Assembly: GCF_001677475.2 (NCBI RefSeq)
Contig: NZ_CP015229.1
Direction: 5' to 3' (one strand)
From: Escherichia coli
Lineage (GTDB): Bacteria; Pseudomonadota; Gammaproteobacteria; Enterobacterales; Enterobacteriaceae
DNA: 64,000 nucleotides
The notes under the pieces were generated by a model, which ran no database searches, was not told where the DNA came from, and worked only from the letters and a program-made list of their open reading frames with translations. This document shows, piece after piece, positions 1-12,904 of this stretch (position 1 is the first letter of the stretch; every line of letters starts with the position of its first letter). A program made the translations under genes and the position numbers.

Positions 1-17
1 CGACTTGCAGGCAGGTT

Positions 18-52
18 TGCCGGACAGGCGGTTAACGCCATATCCGGCCTGA
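18..52. repeat. REP-like palindromic element downstream of mlaB (approximate coordinates)
   Basis: Sequence gccggacaggcggttaacgccatatccggcct resembles the E. coli REP consensus (GCCGGATG...CCGGC); read directly from the sequence. Confidence 0.5.
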
Positions 53-58
53 AAAAAT

Positions 59-351
59 TTAACGAGGCAGAACATCAGCAGGCAAATTATACAATTTCGC
101 CAGGGTATACACTTTATCGTTTACCCCCTGAAGCGTCACGTTGTTGCCCTGCTTTTTCGCCAGATCGATAAGATGGAGCAGCAGTGCCAGTCCACCCGTA
201 TCCACGCGGGACACACGGCTAAGATCGATGCAGGTAATCCCCTTCACCGCTTCCTCACGCATTTCCCAAAGCGGTAGCAGAACGTCCTGATCCAGCTCTC
301 CGGATAGCGCCAGCGTGTCACCCGTCTGCATCCAGCTCAGTGACTCGCTCA

Positions 352-352
<1 letters not shown>
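59..352 (-). CDS. mlaB: MlaB, STAS-domain component of the Mla phospholipid transport system
   Basis: ORF track 59..448(-) trimmed to the internal ATG (MSESLSWMQTGD...), giving 97 aa; lies directly downstream of mlaC in the mlaFEDCB operon. Confidence 0.9.
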
Positions 353-1005
<653 letters not shown>

Positions 1006-1557
1006 TTATTTCGTTGTACCCACAGGTTCAGTGGTTTCATTATTACCTGGCGCAGCAGCTGGCGCATCGCCACTATTCTTATTGTCATCGCCTTTACTAC
1101 CGTAAAGGAACTGACCAATGAGATCTTCCAGCACCATCGCAGACTTAGTGTCCTGAATTGTATCGCCATCCTTCAGGATAGCAGTCCCCAGTTCCGGGTC
1201 TTCAAAACCGACGTTTAATGCCAGATATTGTTCCCCCAGCAGGCCGGAAGTACGAATGCTCAGCGAACTGGTATCAGGAATGTGGTTATAACGTTGTTCA
1301 ATTTCCAGCGTTACGCGCGGCAGATAGGTTTTCGGGTCCAGCGTAATATCCGCCACCCGGCCCACAACAACACCACCAATGCTGACCGGAGAGCGCGCTT
1401 TCAGGCCGCCAATGTTATCGAACGTCGCATAAAGCGTGTAGGTCGGTTCAGTACGTATGGACGTCACGTTCGCCGCCTTCAGGCAAACAAACAGCGCCGC
1501 CAGTAGTGCTGCTAATAAAAAGATACCCACCCAAATTTCATTTTTTTTCGTTTGCAT
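1006..1557 (-). CDS. mlaD: MlaD, MCE-domain inner membrane protein
   Basis: ORF track 1006..1572(-) trimmed to MQTKKNEIWVG... (183 aa). Confidence 0.92.
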   Translation of the reverse strand: MQTKKNEIWVGIFLLAALLAALFVCLKAANVTSIRTEPTYTLYATFDNIGGLKARSPVSIGGVVVGRVADITLDPKTYLPRVTLEIEQRYNHIPDTSSLSIRTSGLLGEQYLALNVGFEDPELGTAILKDGDTIQDTKSAMVLEDLIGQFLYGSKGDDNKNSGDAPAAAPGNNETTEPVGTTK

Positions 1558-1561
1558 GAAC

Positions 1562-3161
<1,600 letters not shown>

Positions 3162-3370
3162 AATTCACCCTTCGTCTTGCGTTGATTTTCTAAGCATGGC
3201 GCTCAATTTAACCTTGAACCCAACATATTTACAGAATATTACCCGCCGTGGTTAGCGAAAGCTGGCATTTGTTTTACTTTTTAGCCGCATAAAGTCAAAA
3301 TTAAGAATCCGTTACGGCTTTCTGAAAATCTTCAGCGGACCGGCGAGTATACCTGAAGAAAGGACGTTAG

Positions 3371-4348
3371 ATGCTTTTAGCTACGGCACTGTTAATTGTT
3401 GGTTTACTTTTGGTCGTTTACAGTGCCGACCGCCTGGTTTTTGCCGCGTCTATTCTTTGCCGAACCTTTGGCATCCCGCCGCTAATCATCGGCATGACGG
3501 TGGTCAGTATTGGTACATCGTTACCAGAAATCATCGTCTCGCTTGCCGCGTCTCTGCACGAACAACGCGATTTAGCCGTTGGTACAGCCCTCGGCTCAAA
3601 CATTATCAATATATTGCTGATCCTCGGTCTGGCTGCGCTGGTTCGTCCTTTTACCGTCCATTCTGATGTTCTACGCCGTGAATTACCCTTAATGTTGTTG
3701 GTCAGCGTGGTGGCCGGTTCCGTACTCTATGACGGACAACTTAGTCGCAGCGATGGTATCTTTCTCCTCTTTCTGGCTGTGCTATGGCTGCTGTTCATTG
3801 TTAAACTTGCACGTCAGGCTGAACGTCAGGGGACTGACAGCCTGACCAGAGAGCAGCTTGCAGAGCTGCCTCGTGACGGCGGATTGCCCGTCGCGTTTTT
3901 ATGGCTCGGCATTGCGCTTATCATCATGCCAGTGGCCACGCGGATGGTGGTTGATAACGCCACGGTGCTGGCGAATTACTTTGCCATCAGCGAGTTGACG
4001 ATGGGTTTGACGGCAATTGCTATCGGAACCAGCCTGCCGGAACTGGCAACCGCAATAGCGGGGGTTCGCAAAGGTGAAAACGACATTGCTGTCGGAAATA
4101 TCATTGGCGCAAACATTTTTAATATTGTCATCGTGTTGGGTTTACCCGCGCTGATAACGCCAGGAGAGATTGATCCACTGGCGTACAGTCGTGACTACAG
4201 CGTGATGTTGCTGGTGAGCATTATTTTTGCGTTGCTGTGCTGGCGGCGCTCCCCGCAACCGGGCCGTGGTGTAGGGGTATTATTAACTGGCGGATTTATC
4301 GTATGGCTGGCGATGTTGTACTGGTTATCGCCAATACTCGTTGAATAA
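3371..4348 (+). CDS. yrbG: YrbG, CaCA-family putative Na+/Ca2+ antiporter
   Basis: ORF track 3371..4348(+), 325 aa hydrophobic protein with duplicated GTSLPE motifs typical of cation/Ca2+ exchangers. Confidence 0.9.
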   Translation: MLLATALLIVGLLLVVYSADRLVFAASILCRTFGIPPLIIGMTVVSIGTSLPEIIVSLAASLHEQRDLAVGTALGSNIINILLILGLAALVRPFTVHSDVLRRELPLMLLVSVVAGSVLYDGQLSRSDGIFLLFLAVLWLLFIVKLARQAERQGTDSLTREQLAELPRDGGLPVAFLWLGIALIIMPVATRMVVDNATVLANYFAISELTMGLTAIAIGTSLPELATAIAGVRKGENDIAVGNIIGANIFNIVIVLGLPALITPGEIDPLAYSRDYSVMLLVSIIFALLCWRRSPQPGRGVGVLLTGGFIVWLAMLYWLSPILVE

Positions 4349-4361
4349 CTGGAAACGCATT

Positions 4362-5348
4362 ATGTCGCACGTAGAGTTACAACCGGGTTTTGACTTTCAG
4401 CAAGCAGGTAAAGAAGTCCTGGCGATTGAACGTGAATGCCTGGCGGAGCTTGATCAATACATCAATCAGAATTTCACACTTGCCTGTGAAAAGATGTTCT
4501 GGTGTAAAGGGAAAGTTGTCGTCATGGGGATGGGGAAATCGGGGCATATTGGGCGAAAAATGGCGGCAACGTTTGCCAGCACCGGTACACCTTCATTTTT
4601 TGTCCATCCTGGTGAAGCAGCGCATGGTGATTTAGGCATGGTCACCCCACAGGATGTGGTGATTGCTATCTCTAACTCAGGTGAATCCAGCGAAATCACG
4701 GCCTTAATTCCAGTGCTTAAGCGTCTTCACGTACCGTTAATCTGCATCACCGGTCGCCCGGAGAGCAGCATGGCGCGCGCCGCAGATGTGCATCTGTGTG
4801 TTAAAGTAGCGAAAGAAGCCTGTCCGTTAGGGCTGGCACCAACCAGCAGCACCACCGCCACGCTGGTTATGGGCGATGCCCTCGCTGTCGCGCTGTTAAA
4901 AGCACGCGGCTTTACTGCTGAAGATTTTGCGCTCTCACACCCAGGCGGCGCACTGGGTCGTAAACTTCTGCTGCGCGTAAACGATATTATGCATACGGGC
5001 GATGAGATCCCGCATGTTAAAAAAACGGCCAGTCTGCGTGACGCATTGCTGGAAGTTACCCGCAAAAATCTTGGTATGACTGTCATTTGCGATGACAATA
5101 TGATGATTGAAGGCATCTTTACCGACGGTGATTTACGCCGTGTCTTCGATATGGGCGTGGATGTTCGTCAGTTAAGTATTGCCGATGTGATGACGCCGGG
5201 GGGAATACGTGTGCGCCCTGGCATTCTGGCCGTTGAGGCACTGAACTTAATGCAGTCCCGCCATATCACCTCCGTGATGGTTGCCGATGGCGACCATTTA
5301 CTCGGTGTGTTACATATGCATGATTTACTGCGTGCAGGCGTAGTGTAA
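4362..5348 (+). CDS. kdsD: KdsD, D-arabinose 5-phosphate isomerase (SIS + CBS domains)
   Basis: ORF track 4341..5348(+) trimmed to MSHVELQPGFDF... (328 aa). Confidence 0.93.
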   Translation: MSHVELQPGFDFQQAGKEVLAIERECLAELDQYINQNFTLACEKMFWCKGKVVVMGMGKSGHIGRKMAATFASTGTPSFFVHPGEAAHGDLGMVTPQDVVIAISNSGESSEITALIPVLKRLHVPLICITGRPESSMARAADVHLCVKVAKEACPLGLAPTSSTTATLVMGDALAVALLKARGFTAEDFALSHPGGALGRKLLLRVNDIMHTGDEIPHVKKTASLRDALLEVTRKNLGMTVICDDNMMIEGIFTDGDLRRVFDMGVDVRQLSIADVMTPGGIRVRPGILAVEALNLMQSRHITSVMVADGDHLLGVLHMHDLLRAGVV

Positions 5349-5368
5349 AGATTCAAGGATAAACAATA

Positions 5369-5935
5369 ATGAGCAAAGCAGGTGCGTCGCTTGCGACCTG
5401 TTACGGCCCTGTCAGCGCCGACGTTATAGCAAAAGCAGAGAACATTCGTCTGCTGATCCTCGACGTTGATGGCGTACTGTCAGATGGCCTGATTTATATG
5501 GGCAATAACGGCGAAGAGCTGAAAGCGTTCAATGTTCGTGACGGTTATGGCATTCGTTGTGCGCTCACCTCTGATATTGAAGTCGCTATCATTACCGGGC
5601 GAAAGGCTAAACTGGTAGAAGATCGTTGTGCCACATTGGGGATCACTCACTTGTATCAGGGGCAGTCAAACAAACTGATCGCCTTTAGCGATCTGCTGGA
5701 AAAACTGGCGATTGCCCCGGAAAATGTGGCCTATGTCGGCGATGATCTCATCGACTGGCCGGTAATGGAAAAAGTGGGTTTAAGCGTCGCCGTGGCCGAT
5801 GCGCATCCACTGTTGATCCCGCGCGCCGATTACGTGACGCGCATTGCTGGCGGTCGTGGCGCAGTGCGAGAAGTTTGCGACTTATTACTCCTGGCGCAGG
5901 GCAAACTGGATGAAGCCAAAGGGCAATCGATATGA
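5369..5935 (+). CDS. kdsC: KdsC, Kdo 8-phosphate phosphatase (HAD family)
   Basis: ORF track 5369..5935(+), 188 aa; DVDGVL HAD motif. Confidence 0.93.
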   Translation: MSKAGASLATCYGPVSADVIAKAENIRLLILDVDGVLSDGLIYMGNNGEELKAFNVRDGYGIRCALTSDIEVAIITGRKAKLVEDRCATLGITHLYQGQSNKLIAFSDLLEKLAIAPENVAYVGDDLIDWPVMEKVGLSVAVADAHPLLIPRADYVTRIAGGRGAVREVCDLLLLAQGKLDEAKGQSI

Positions 5936-6507
5936 GTAAAGCCAGACGTTGGGTTATCATTGTGCTATCACTGGCGGTTCTGGTGATGATCGGCATTAAT
6001 ATGGCCGAAAAAGACGATACCGCCCAGGTGGTCGTCAACAACAATGATCCCACCTATAAAAGCGAGCATACGGACACGCTCGTCTATAACCCAGAAGGGG
6101 CACTAAGCTATCGATTGATTGCTCAACACGTTGAATATTATTCCGATCAGGCCGTTTCGTGGTTTACGCAGCCGGTACTTACCACGTTTGATAAGGATAA
6201 AATCCCGACATGGTCCGTAAAAGCAGATAAAGCCAAGCTGACCAATGACCGGATGCTCTATTTATATGGACACGTTGAAGTCAACGCACTTGTGCCGGAC
6301 TCTCAACTTCGCAGAATCACGACGGATAACGCGCAGATCAATCTGGTGACGCAGGATGTTACCTCTGAAGACCTCGTCACGTTATACGGAACAACATTTA
6401 ACTCCAGCGGTCTGAAAATGCGCGGCAACTTACGCAGCAAGAACGCCGAGCTGATTGAAAAGGTTAGAACATCCTATGAAATTCAAAACAAACAAACTCA
6501 GCCTTAA
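5932..6507 (+). CDS. lptC: LptC, LPS transport protein
   Basis: ORF track 5932..6507(+), 191 aa with N-terminal membrane anchor; start overlaps kdsC stop. Confidence 0.92.
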   Translation: MSKARRWVIIVLSLAVLVMIGINMAEKDDTAQVVVNNNDPTYKSEHTDTLVYNPEGALSYRLIAQHVEYYSDQAVSWFTQPVLTTFDKDKIPTWSVKADKAKLTNDRMLYLYGHVEVNALVPDSQLRRITTDNAQINLVTQDVTSEDLVTLYGTTFNSSGLKMRGNLRSKNAELIEKVRTSYEIQNKQTQP

Positions 6508-7033
6508 TCTTGTGCTTGCCAGCTCACTTCTGGCCGCCAGCATTCCGGCATTTGCCGTAACCGGAGACACTGATCAGCCGATCCACATTGAATCGGACCA
6601 GCAATCTCTTGATATGCAAGGCAACGTGGTTACCTTTACCGGTAATGTCATCGTCACCCAGGGCACCATCAAAATTAATGCCGACAAAGTGGTCGTTACC
6701 CGTCCGGGCGGCGAACAAGGTAAAGAAGTGATTGACGGCTACGGTAAACCGGCAACGTTCTACCAGATGCAGGACAACGGTAAACCCGTTGAAGGTCACG
6801 CTTCCCAGATGCACTACGAACTGGCAAAAGATTTTGTCGTTCTGACGGGTAATGCTTATCTGCAGCAGGTCGATAGCAACATTAAGGGCGATAAGATCAC
6901 TTACCTGGTGAAAGAGCAGAAAATGCAGGCTTTCAGCGACAAAGGCAAGCGCGTAACCACCGTTCTGGTGCCATCGCAGCTGCAGGACAAAAACAATAAA
7001 GGCCAGACCCCGGCACAGAAGAAGGGTAATTAA
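6476..7033 (+). CDS. lptA: LptA, periplasmic LPS transport protein
   Basis: ORF track 6455..7033(+) trimmed to MKFKTNKLSLNLVL... (185 aa, signal peptide); overlaps the lptC 3' end. Confidence 0.92.
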   Translation: MKFKTNKLSLNLVLASSLLAASIPAFAVTGDTDQPIHIESDQQSLDMQGNVVTFTGNVIVTQGTIKINADKVVVTRPGGEQGKEVIDGYGKPATFYQMQDNGKPVEGHASQMHYELAKDFVVLTGNAYLQQVDSNIKGDKITYLVKEQKMQAFSDKGKRVTTVLVPSQLQDKNNKGQTPAQKKGN

Positions 7034-7039
7034 TTCGTT

Positions 7040-7765
7040 ATGGCAACATTAACTGCAAAGAACCTTGCAAAAGCCTATAAAGGCCGTCGCGTGGTAGAAG
7101 ACGTCAGCCTGACCGTCAACTCCGGGGAAATTGTCGGCCTGCTGGGGCCAAACGGTGCCGGTAAGACCACCACTTTCTATATGGTTGTAGGCATTGTGCC
7201 GCGCGATGCGGGCAACATCATTATTGATGATGACGATATCAGTTTGCTGCCTCTGCATGCACGCGCGCGCCGCGGTATCGGCTATCTGCCACAGGAAGCC
7301 TCCATTTTCCGTCGCCTCAGCGTTTACGATAACCTGATGGCGGTACTGCAAATTCGTGACGACTTGTCTGCTGAACAACGTGAAGACCGCGCGAACGAGC
7401 TGATGGAAGAGTTTCACATTGAGCACCTGCGTGACAGCATGGGGCAGTCACTCTCCGGGGGTGAACGTCGCCGTGTAGAAATTGCCCGCGCACTGGCTGC
7501 GAATCCGAAATTTATTCTGCTCGACGAACCGTTTGCCGGGGTTGACCCGATCTCGGTTATCGACATTAAACGCATCATTGAGCACCTGCGCGACAGCGGC
7601 CTGGGCGTGCTGATCACTGACCACAACGTGCGTGAAACACTGGCGGTTTGTGAACGCGCTTATATCGTCAGTCAGGGGCATTTGATCGCCCACGGCACGC
7701 CTACAGAAATCTTACAAGACGAACACGTTAAGCGTGTATACCTTGGGGAAGACTTCAGACTCTGA
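7040..7765 (+). CDS. lptB: LptB, LPS export ABC ATPase
   Basis: ORF track 7040..7765(+), 241 aa; Walker A (GPNGAGKTT). Confidence 0.95.
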
Positions 7766-7812
7766 TAGGGTAGAAGTTTGCGACGTTTTAGCAGGAGAGT
7801 ACGATTCTGAAC

Positions 7813-9246
7813 ATGAAGCAAGGTTTGCAACTCAGGCTTAGCCAACAACTGGCGATGACGCCACAGCTCCAACAGGCAATTCGTCTGTTGCAGTTGTCGA
7901 CGCTGGAACTTCAGCAGGAGCTACAGCAGGCGCTGGAGAGTAATCCGCTGCTTGAGCAAATCGACACTCATGAAGAAATCGACACCCGCGAAACGCAAGA
8001 CAGTGAAACACTGGACACCGCCGACGCGCTCGAACAAAAAGAGATGCCGGAAGAGCTGCCGCTCGATGCCAGCTGGGACACCATTTACACCGCTGGTACA
8101 CCATCCGGCACCAGCGGTGACTACATTGACGACGAGCTGCCGGTATACCAGGGCGAAACGACGCAGACCTTGCAGGATTACCTGATGTGGCAGGTCGAGC
8201 TGACACCGTTTTCCGATACTGACCGCGCTATTGCTACCTCTATCGTCGATGCCGTTGATGACACCGGTTATCTGACTGTACCGCTGGAAGATATTCTCGA
8301 AAGTATGGGCGATGAAGAGATCGACATCGACGAAGTTGAAGCCGTCCTTAAGCGGATCCAACGGTTTGATCCGGTCGGTGTGGCGGCAAAAGATCTGCGT
8401 GACTGCCTGCTGATCCAACTCTCCCAATTCGATAAAACCACGCCGTGGCTGGAAGAGGCCAGACTGATTATTAGCGATCATCTCGATCTGTTAGCCAATC
8501 ACGACTTCCGCACTTTAATGCGCGTCACGCGTCTGAAAGAAGATGTGCTGAAAGAAGCCGTCAATCTGATCCAGTCGCTCGATCCGCGCCCCGGGCAGTC
8601 GATCCAGACTGGCGAACCTGAGTATGTCATTCCAGATGTGCTGGTGCGTAAGCATAACGGTCACTGGACGGTAGAACTCAACAGTGACAGCATTCCGCGT
8701 CTGCAAATCAACCAGCACTACGCCTCGATGTGCAATAACGCGCGCAACGATGGTGACAACCAGTTTATCCGCAGCAATCTGCAGGATGCCAAATGGTTGA
8801 TCAAGAGTCTGGAAAGCCGTAACGATACGCTCCTGCGCGTGAGTCGCTGTATCGTTGAACAGCAGCAAGCCTTCTTTGAGCAAGGTGAAGAATATATGAA
8901 ACCGATGGTACTGGCCGATATCGCCCAGGCTGTCGAAATGCATGAATCGACGATATCTCGCGTGACCACGCAAAAATACCTGCATAGTCCACGAGGCATT
9001 TTTGAACTGAAGTATTTCTTTTCCAGTCACGTCAATACCGAGGGCGGCGGCGAAGCTTCCTCCACGGCGATTCGTGCGCTGGTGAAGAAATTAATCGCGG
9101 CGGAAAACCCAGCGAAACCGTTGAGCGACAGCAAGTTAACCTCTTTGCTGTCGGAACAAGGTATCATGGTGGCACGCCGCACTGTTGCGAAGTACCGAGA
9201 GTCTTTATCCATTCCGCCGTCAAACCAGCGTAAACAGCTCGTTTGA
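7813..9246 (+). CDS. rpoN: RNA polymerase sigma-54 factor
   Basis: ORF track 7813..9246(+), 477 aa; Gln/Leu-rich N-terminus and C-terminal RpoN box ([10 protein letters not shown]). Confidence 0.96.
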   Translation: MKQGLQLRLSQQLAMTPQLQQAIRLLQLSTLELQQELQQALESNPLLEQIDTHEEIDTRETQDSETLDTADALEQKEMPEELPLDASWDTIYTAGTPSGTSGDYIDDELPVYQGETTQTLQDYLMWQVELTPFSDTDRAIATSIVDAVDDTGYLTVPLEDILESMGDEEIDIDEVEAVLKRIQRFDPVGVAAKDLRDCLLIQLSQFDKTTPWLEEARLIISDHLDLLANHDFRTLMRVTRLKEDVLKEAVNLIQSLDPRPGQSIQTGEPEYVIPDVLVRKHNGHWTVELNSDSIPRLQINQHYASMCNNARNDGDNQFIRSNLQDAKWLIKSLESRNDTLLRVSRCIVEQQQAFFEQGEEYMKPMVLADIAQAVEMHESTISRVTTQKYLHSPRGIFELKYFFSSHVNTEGGGEASSTAIRALVKKLIAAENPAKPLSDSKLTSLLSEQGIMVARRTVAKYRESLSIPPSNQRKQLV

Positions 9247-9268
9247 CCCAACCGATAAGGAAGACACT

Positions 9269-9556
9269 ATGCAGCTCAACATTACCGGAAATAACGTCGA
9301 GATCACCGAGGCACTGCGCGAATTTGTTACAGCCAAATTTGCCAAACTTGAGCAATATTTTGACCGAATCAACCAGGTCTATGTTGTTCTGAAAGTGGAG
9401 AAAGTCACCCACACCTCAGATGCAACACTGCATGTAAACGGTGGTGAAATTCATGCCAGCGCGGAAGGTCAGGACATGTACGCTGCCATTGATGGCTTAA
9501 TTGATAAGCTGGCACGCCAGTTGACCAAACATAAAGATAAACTGAAACAACACTAA
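9269..9556 (+). CDS. hpf: Hpf, ribosome hibernation promoting factor
   Basis: ORF track 9185..9556(+) trimmed to MQLNITGNNVEIT... (95 aa). Confidence 0.93.
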   Translation: MQLNITGNNVEITEALREFVTAKFAKLEQYFDRINQVYVVLKVEKVTHTSDATLHVNGGEIHASAEGQDMYAAIDGLIDKLARQLTKHKDKLKQH

Positions 9557-9673
9557 TTGTCCGGGCAATTAGCATGTGCATGGCGGCCTGTTGTGCGGCA
9601 CAACGGGCCATTTGTACGGTTAATGCTCCGAGCCTGTTCCACTGTTTGAGTGGGCAGGTTCTTAGGTGAATTT

Positions 9674-10165
9674 ATGACAAATAATGATACAACTCTACAG
9701 CTTAGCAGTGTTCTTAACAGGGAATGTACGCGAAGCCGCGTCCACTGTCAGAGCAAAAAACGCGCCCTGGAAATCATCAGCGAGCTGGCGGCGAAACAAC
9801 TTAGCCTGCCGCCTCAGGTGGTTTTTGAAGCTATCCTGACGCGGGAAAAAATGGGCAGTACCGGTATCGGCAATGGTATTGCCATTCCGCATGGCAAACT
9901 GGAAGAAGATACTCTGCGTGCCGTTGGCGTTTTCGTTCAGCTCGAAACGCCTATAGCTTTCGATGCCATCGACAACCAACCGGTGGACTTACTTTTTGCC
10001 CTGCTGGTGCCGGCAGACCAAACTAAAACGCACCTGCATACTCTGTCACTGGTGGCGAAACGTCTGGCGGACAAAACCATCTGCCGCCGTTTACGCGCAG
10101 CCCAGAGCGATGAAGAGCTGTATCAAATCATTACGGATACCGAAGGTACTCCGGATGAAGCGTAG
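9674..10165 (+). CDS. ptsN: PtsN, nitrogen-related PTS EIIA(Ntr)
   Basis: ORF track 9650..10165(+) trimmed to MTNNDTTLQLSS... (163 aa). Confidence 0.93.
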   Translation: MTNNDTTLQLSSVLNRECTRSRVHCQSKKRALEIISELAAKQLSLPPQVVFEAILTREKMGSTGIGNGIAIPHGKLEEDTLRAVGVFVQLETPIAFDAIDNQPVDLLFALLVPADQTKTHLHTLSLVAKRLADKTICRRLRAAQSDEELYQIITDTEGTPDEA

Positions 10166-10210
10166 TTATTCGGTAATGTCTCTTTTAGACGTTGTGAGGA
10201 GAAACAGTAC

Positions 10211-11065
10211 ATGGTACTGATGATCGTCAGCGGACGTTCAGGTTCAGGTAAATCTGTCGCCCTGCGTGCGCTGGAAGATATGGGTTTTTACTGCGTGGAT
10301 AACCTTCCCGTAGTGTTGTTACCCGATCTGGCTCGAACTCTGGCCGATCGCGAGATTTCTGCCGCCGTCAGCATTGATGTTCGTAATATGCCGGAGTCAC
10401 CAGAAATATTCGAACAGGCGATGAGTAACCTGCCTGACGCTTTCTCACCGCAACTCCTGTTCCTGGATGCCGACCGTAATACCTTAATTCGTCGTTACAG
10501 TGACACGCGCCGACTGCATCCGCTTTCCAGCAAAAACCTGTCGCTGGAAAGTGCTATCGACAAAGAAAGCGATTTGCTGGAGCCTCTGCGTTCGCGAGCG
10601 GATCTGATTGTCGATACCTCAGAAATGTCCGTTCACGAGCTGGCTGAAATGCTGCGTACCCGTCTGCTGGGTAAACGTGAACGCGAACTGACAATGGTCT
10701 TTGAGTCTTTCGGCTTCAAACACGGTATCCCTATCGATGCAGATTACGTCTTTGACGTGCGCTTCTTGCCGAACCCGCACTGGGATCCGAAACTGCGTCC
10801 AATGACAGGTCTTGATAAGCCCGTCGCCGCGTTCCTCGACCGCCACACAGAAGTACACAATTTTATCTACCAGACGCGAAGCTATCTTGAGCTATGGTTA
10901 CCTATGCTGGAAACCAACAACCGTAGCTACCTGACGGTTGCCATTGGTTGTACCGGCGGGAAGCACCGTTCGGTGTATATTGCAGAGCAACTGGCAGACT
11001 ACTTCCGCTCGCGCGGTAAAAACGTCCAGTCACGCCATCGTACGCTGGAAAAACGTAAACCATGA
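10211..11065 (+). CDS. rapZ: RapZ (YhbJ), RNase adaptor protein with P-loop
   Basis: ORF track 10211..11065(+), 284 aa; Walker A GRSGSGKS. Confidence 0.94.
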
Positions 11066-11334
11066 CCGTCAAGCAAACTGTTGAAATCACAAACAAGCTG
11101 GGCATGCATGCCCGGCCTGCAATGAAGCTGTTTGAATTAATGCAGGGTTTTGACGCTGAAGTGCTGTTACGTAATGACGAAGGCACCGAGGCTGAAGCCA
11201 ACAGCGTTATTGCACTGCTGATGCTGGATTCTGCCAAAGGACGGCAGATTGAAGTTGAAGCCACCGGTCCACAGGAAGAGGAAGCACTGGCCGCCGTTAT
11301 CGCCCTCTTTAATTCTGGTTTTGATGAAGATTAA
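11062..11334 (+). CDS. npr: NPr, HPr-like phosphocarrier protein
   Basis: ORF track 11062..11334(+), 90 aa; GMHARPA active-site motif; overlaps rapZ stop. Confidence 0.93.
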
Positions 11335-11479
11335 TCTTCATCACTTTGACATTCAAATCCCTTCAAGCTCCCCCGACAATAAGAAAAGCGCGTACTGAAA
11401 TCGTTCTCAATCAACGTCATTTGTACATTTTGTGCGCTTTTCACTTTCAGAAGAACCTTAAGAAAACCTTAAGAGGCAT

Positions 11480-11497
11480 TGTTTAGGTTTTGTTTAA
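11480..11497 (+). promoter_or_regulatory. PhoP box-like direct repeat (TGTTTA-N5-TGTTTA) upstream of yrbL (approximate coordinates)
   Basis: Sequence tgtttaggttttgtttaa read directly; matches the PhoP direct-repeat consensus, and yrbL is a known PhoPQ-regulated gene in E. coli. Confidence 0.6.
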
Positions 11498-11546
11498 GTT
11501 AATCGACCATACTGGAGATCGTCAGAAAATATTTCCAGGAGATGGC

Positions 11547-12179
11547 ATGATTCGCTTATCTGAACAAAGTCCCCTGGGCACCGGAAGACATCGGAAATGT
11601 TATGCGCATCCGGAAGATGCCCAACGCTGTATCAAGATTGTCTACCATCGTGGCGATGGTGGCGATAAAGAGATCCGCCGTGAGTTAAAGTATTACGCGC
11701 ATCTTGGTCGCCGGTTAAAAGACTGGAGTGGAATACCGCGCTATCACGGTACCGTTGAGACGGATTGCGGAACCGGTTATGTCTACGATGTGATTGCAGA
11801 TTTTGACGGCAAGCCCTCCATTACGCTGACCGAATTTGCTGAACAATGCCGTTACGAAGAAGACATTGCACAACTGCGCCAGTTACTGAAACAGCTGAAG
11901 CGTTATTTGCAGGATAACCGTATCGTGACGATGTCGCTGAAGCCGCAGAATATCCTCTGTCACCGCATCAGTGAGTCAGAGGTTATCCCCGTCGTCTGCG
12001 ACAACATTGGTGAAAGCACATTGATTCCACTGGCGACCTGGTCGAAGTGGTGTTGTCTGCGTAAGCAAGAGCGGTTATGGAAACGATTTATCGCCCAACC
12101 GGCGCTGGCTATTGCCCTGCAGAAAGATCTGCAACCTCGTGAAAGCAAAACGCTGGCCCTCACTTCGCGCGAAGCTTAA
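11547..12179 (+). CDS. yrbL: YrbL, PhoP-regulated protein of unknown function
   Basis: ORF track 11490..12179(+) trimmed to [11 protein letters not shown]... (210 aa); synteny between npr and mtgA. Confidence 0.85.
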   Translation: MIRLSEQSPLGTGRHRKCYAHPEDAQRCIKIVYHRGDGGDKEIRRELKYYAHLGRRLKDWSGIPRYHGTVETDCGTGYVYDVIADFDGKPSITLTEFAEQCRYEEDIAQLRQLLKQLKRYLQDNRIVTMSLKPQNILCHRISESEVIPVVCDNIGESTLIPLATWSKWCCLRKQERLWKRFIAQPALAIALQKDLQPRESKTLALTSREA

Positions 12180-12904
12180 TCCAGCTGGTGTTGTTGCATA
12201 AACGACTCACCGCCTAACTGATACATCTGCCGTAAAATCCACGCCTGACGGCTACGCACGTAGCCCGATGGCGCGGAGACTTTGAAACGAAGTGGATTAG
12301 GTAATACAGCTGCCAGTAATGCAGCTTCCGACCGGGTAAGTTTGCTCGCGGGTTTGTGGAAATAACGTTGTGCCGCAGCTTCGACGCCAAACACACCGTC
12401 GCCAAATTCGGCGATATTCAGGTAAACCGTCAGGATACGCTTTTTGCTCCAGACCGTTTCTATCCCCAGCGTTAATCCGGCTTCTAGCCCTTTTCGAACC
12501 CAGCTACGCCCATCCCATAAAAAGAGATTTTTGGCCGTCTGCTGAGAAATCGTTGATGCACCGCGAATACGGTTTTCATTGCGCTCGTTGTGCGCCAGGG
12601 CTTTCTCAATGGAAGCGACATCAAAGCCCCAGTGCTCAGGAAATTTCTGATCTTCTGCGGCAATCACCGCCAGTCCCATCCACGGCGAGATTTGATCCAT
12701 ACTGACCCAGTCAGAATGTGCCACGTAACGAAAATTGCCATGCAGCCAGGCGCTGACCTGTCGCTCGACCATTACCGCTGAGAAAGGAACAGGCGCAACG
12801 CTAAACAACGCAATGCCCCCGCCCCAGAAAACGGCGAGGACAACCATTAACCGCAGAAGAAAACGGCGAACGAAACTAAACACCGTTAAGCGGCTTTTAC
12901 TCAT
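12176..12904 (-). CDS. mtgA: MtgA, monofunctional peptidoglycan glycosyltransferase
   Basis: ORF track 12176..12904(-), 242 aa; N-terminal TM segment and transglycosylase motifs. Confidence 0.93.
   Translation of the reverse strand: MSKSRLTVFSFVRRFLLRLMVVLAVFWGGGIALFSVAPVPFSAVMVERQVSAWLHGNFRYVAHSDWVSMDQISPWMGLAVIAAEDQKFPEHWGFDVASIEKALAHNERNENRIRGASTISQQTAKNLFLWDGRSWVRKGLEAGLTLGIETVWSKKRILTVYLNIAEFGDGVFGVEAAAQRYFHKPASKLTRSEAALLAAVLPNPLRFKVSAPSGYVRSRQAWILRQMYQLGGESFMQQHQLD

Noticed and set aside
7921-8481. 186-aa minus-strand ORF antisense to rpoN, and a similar 226-aa ORF antisense to degQ (37246..37926)
   Set aside because: Embedded in well-supported genes; no independent evidence of coding.
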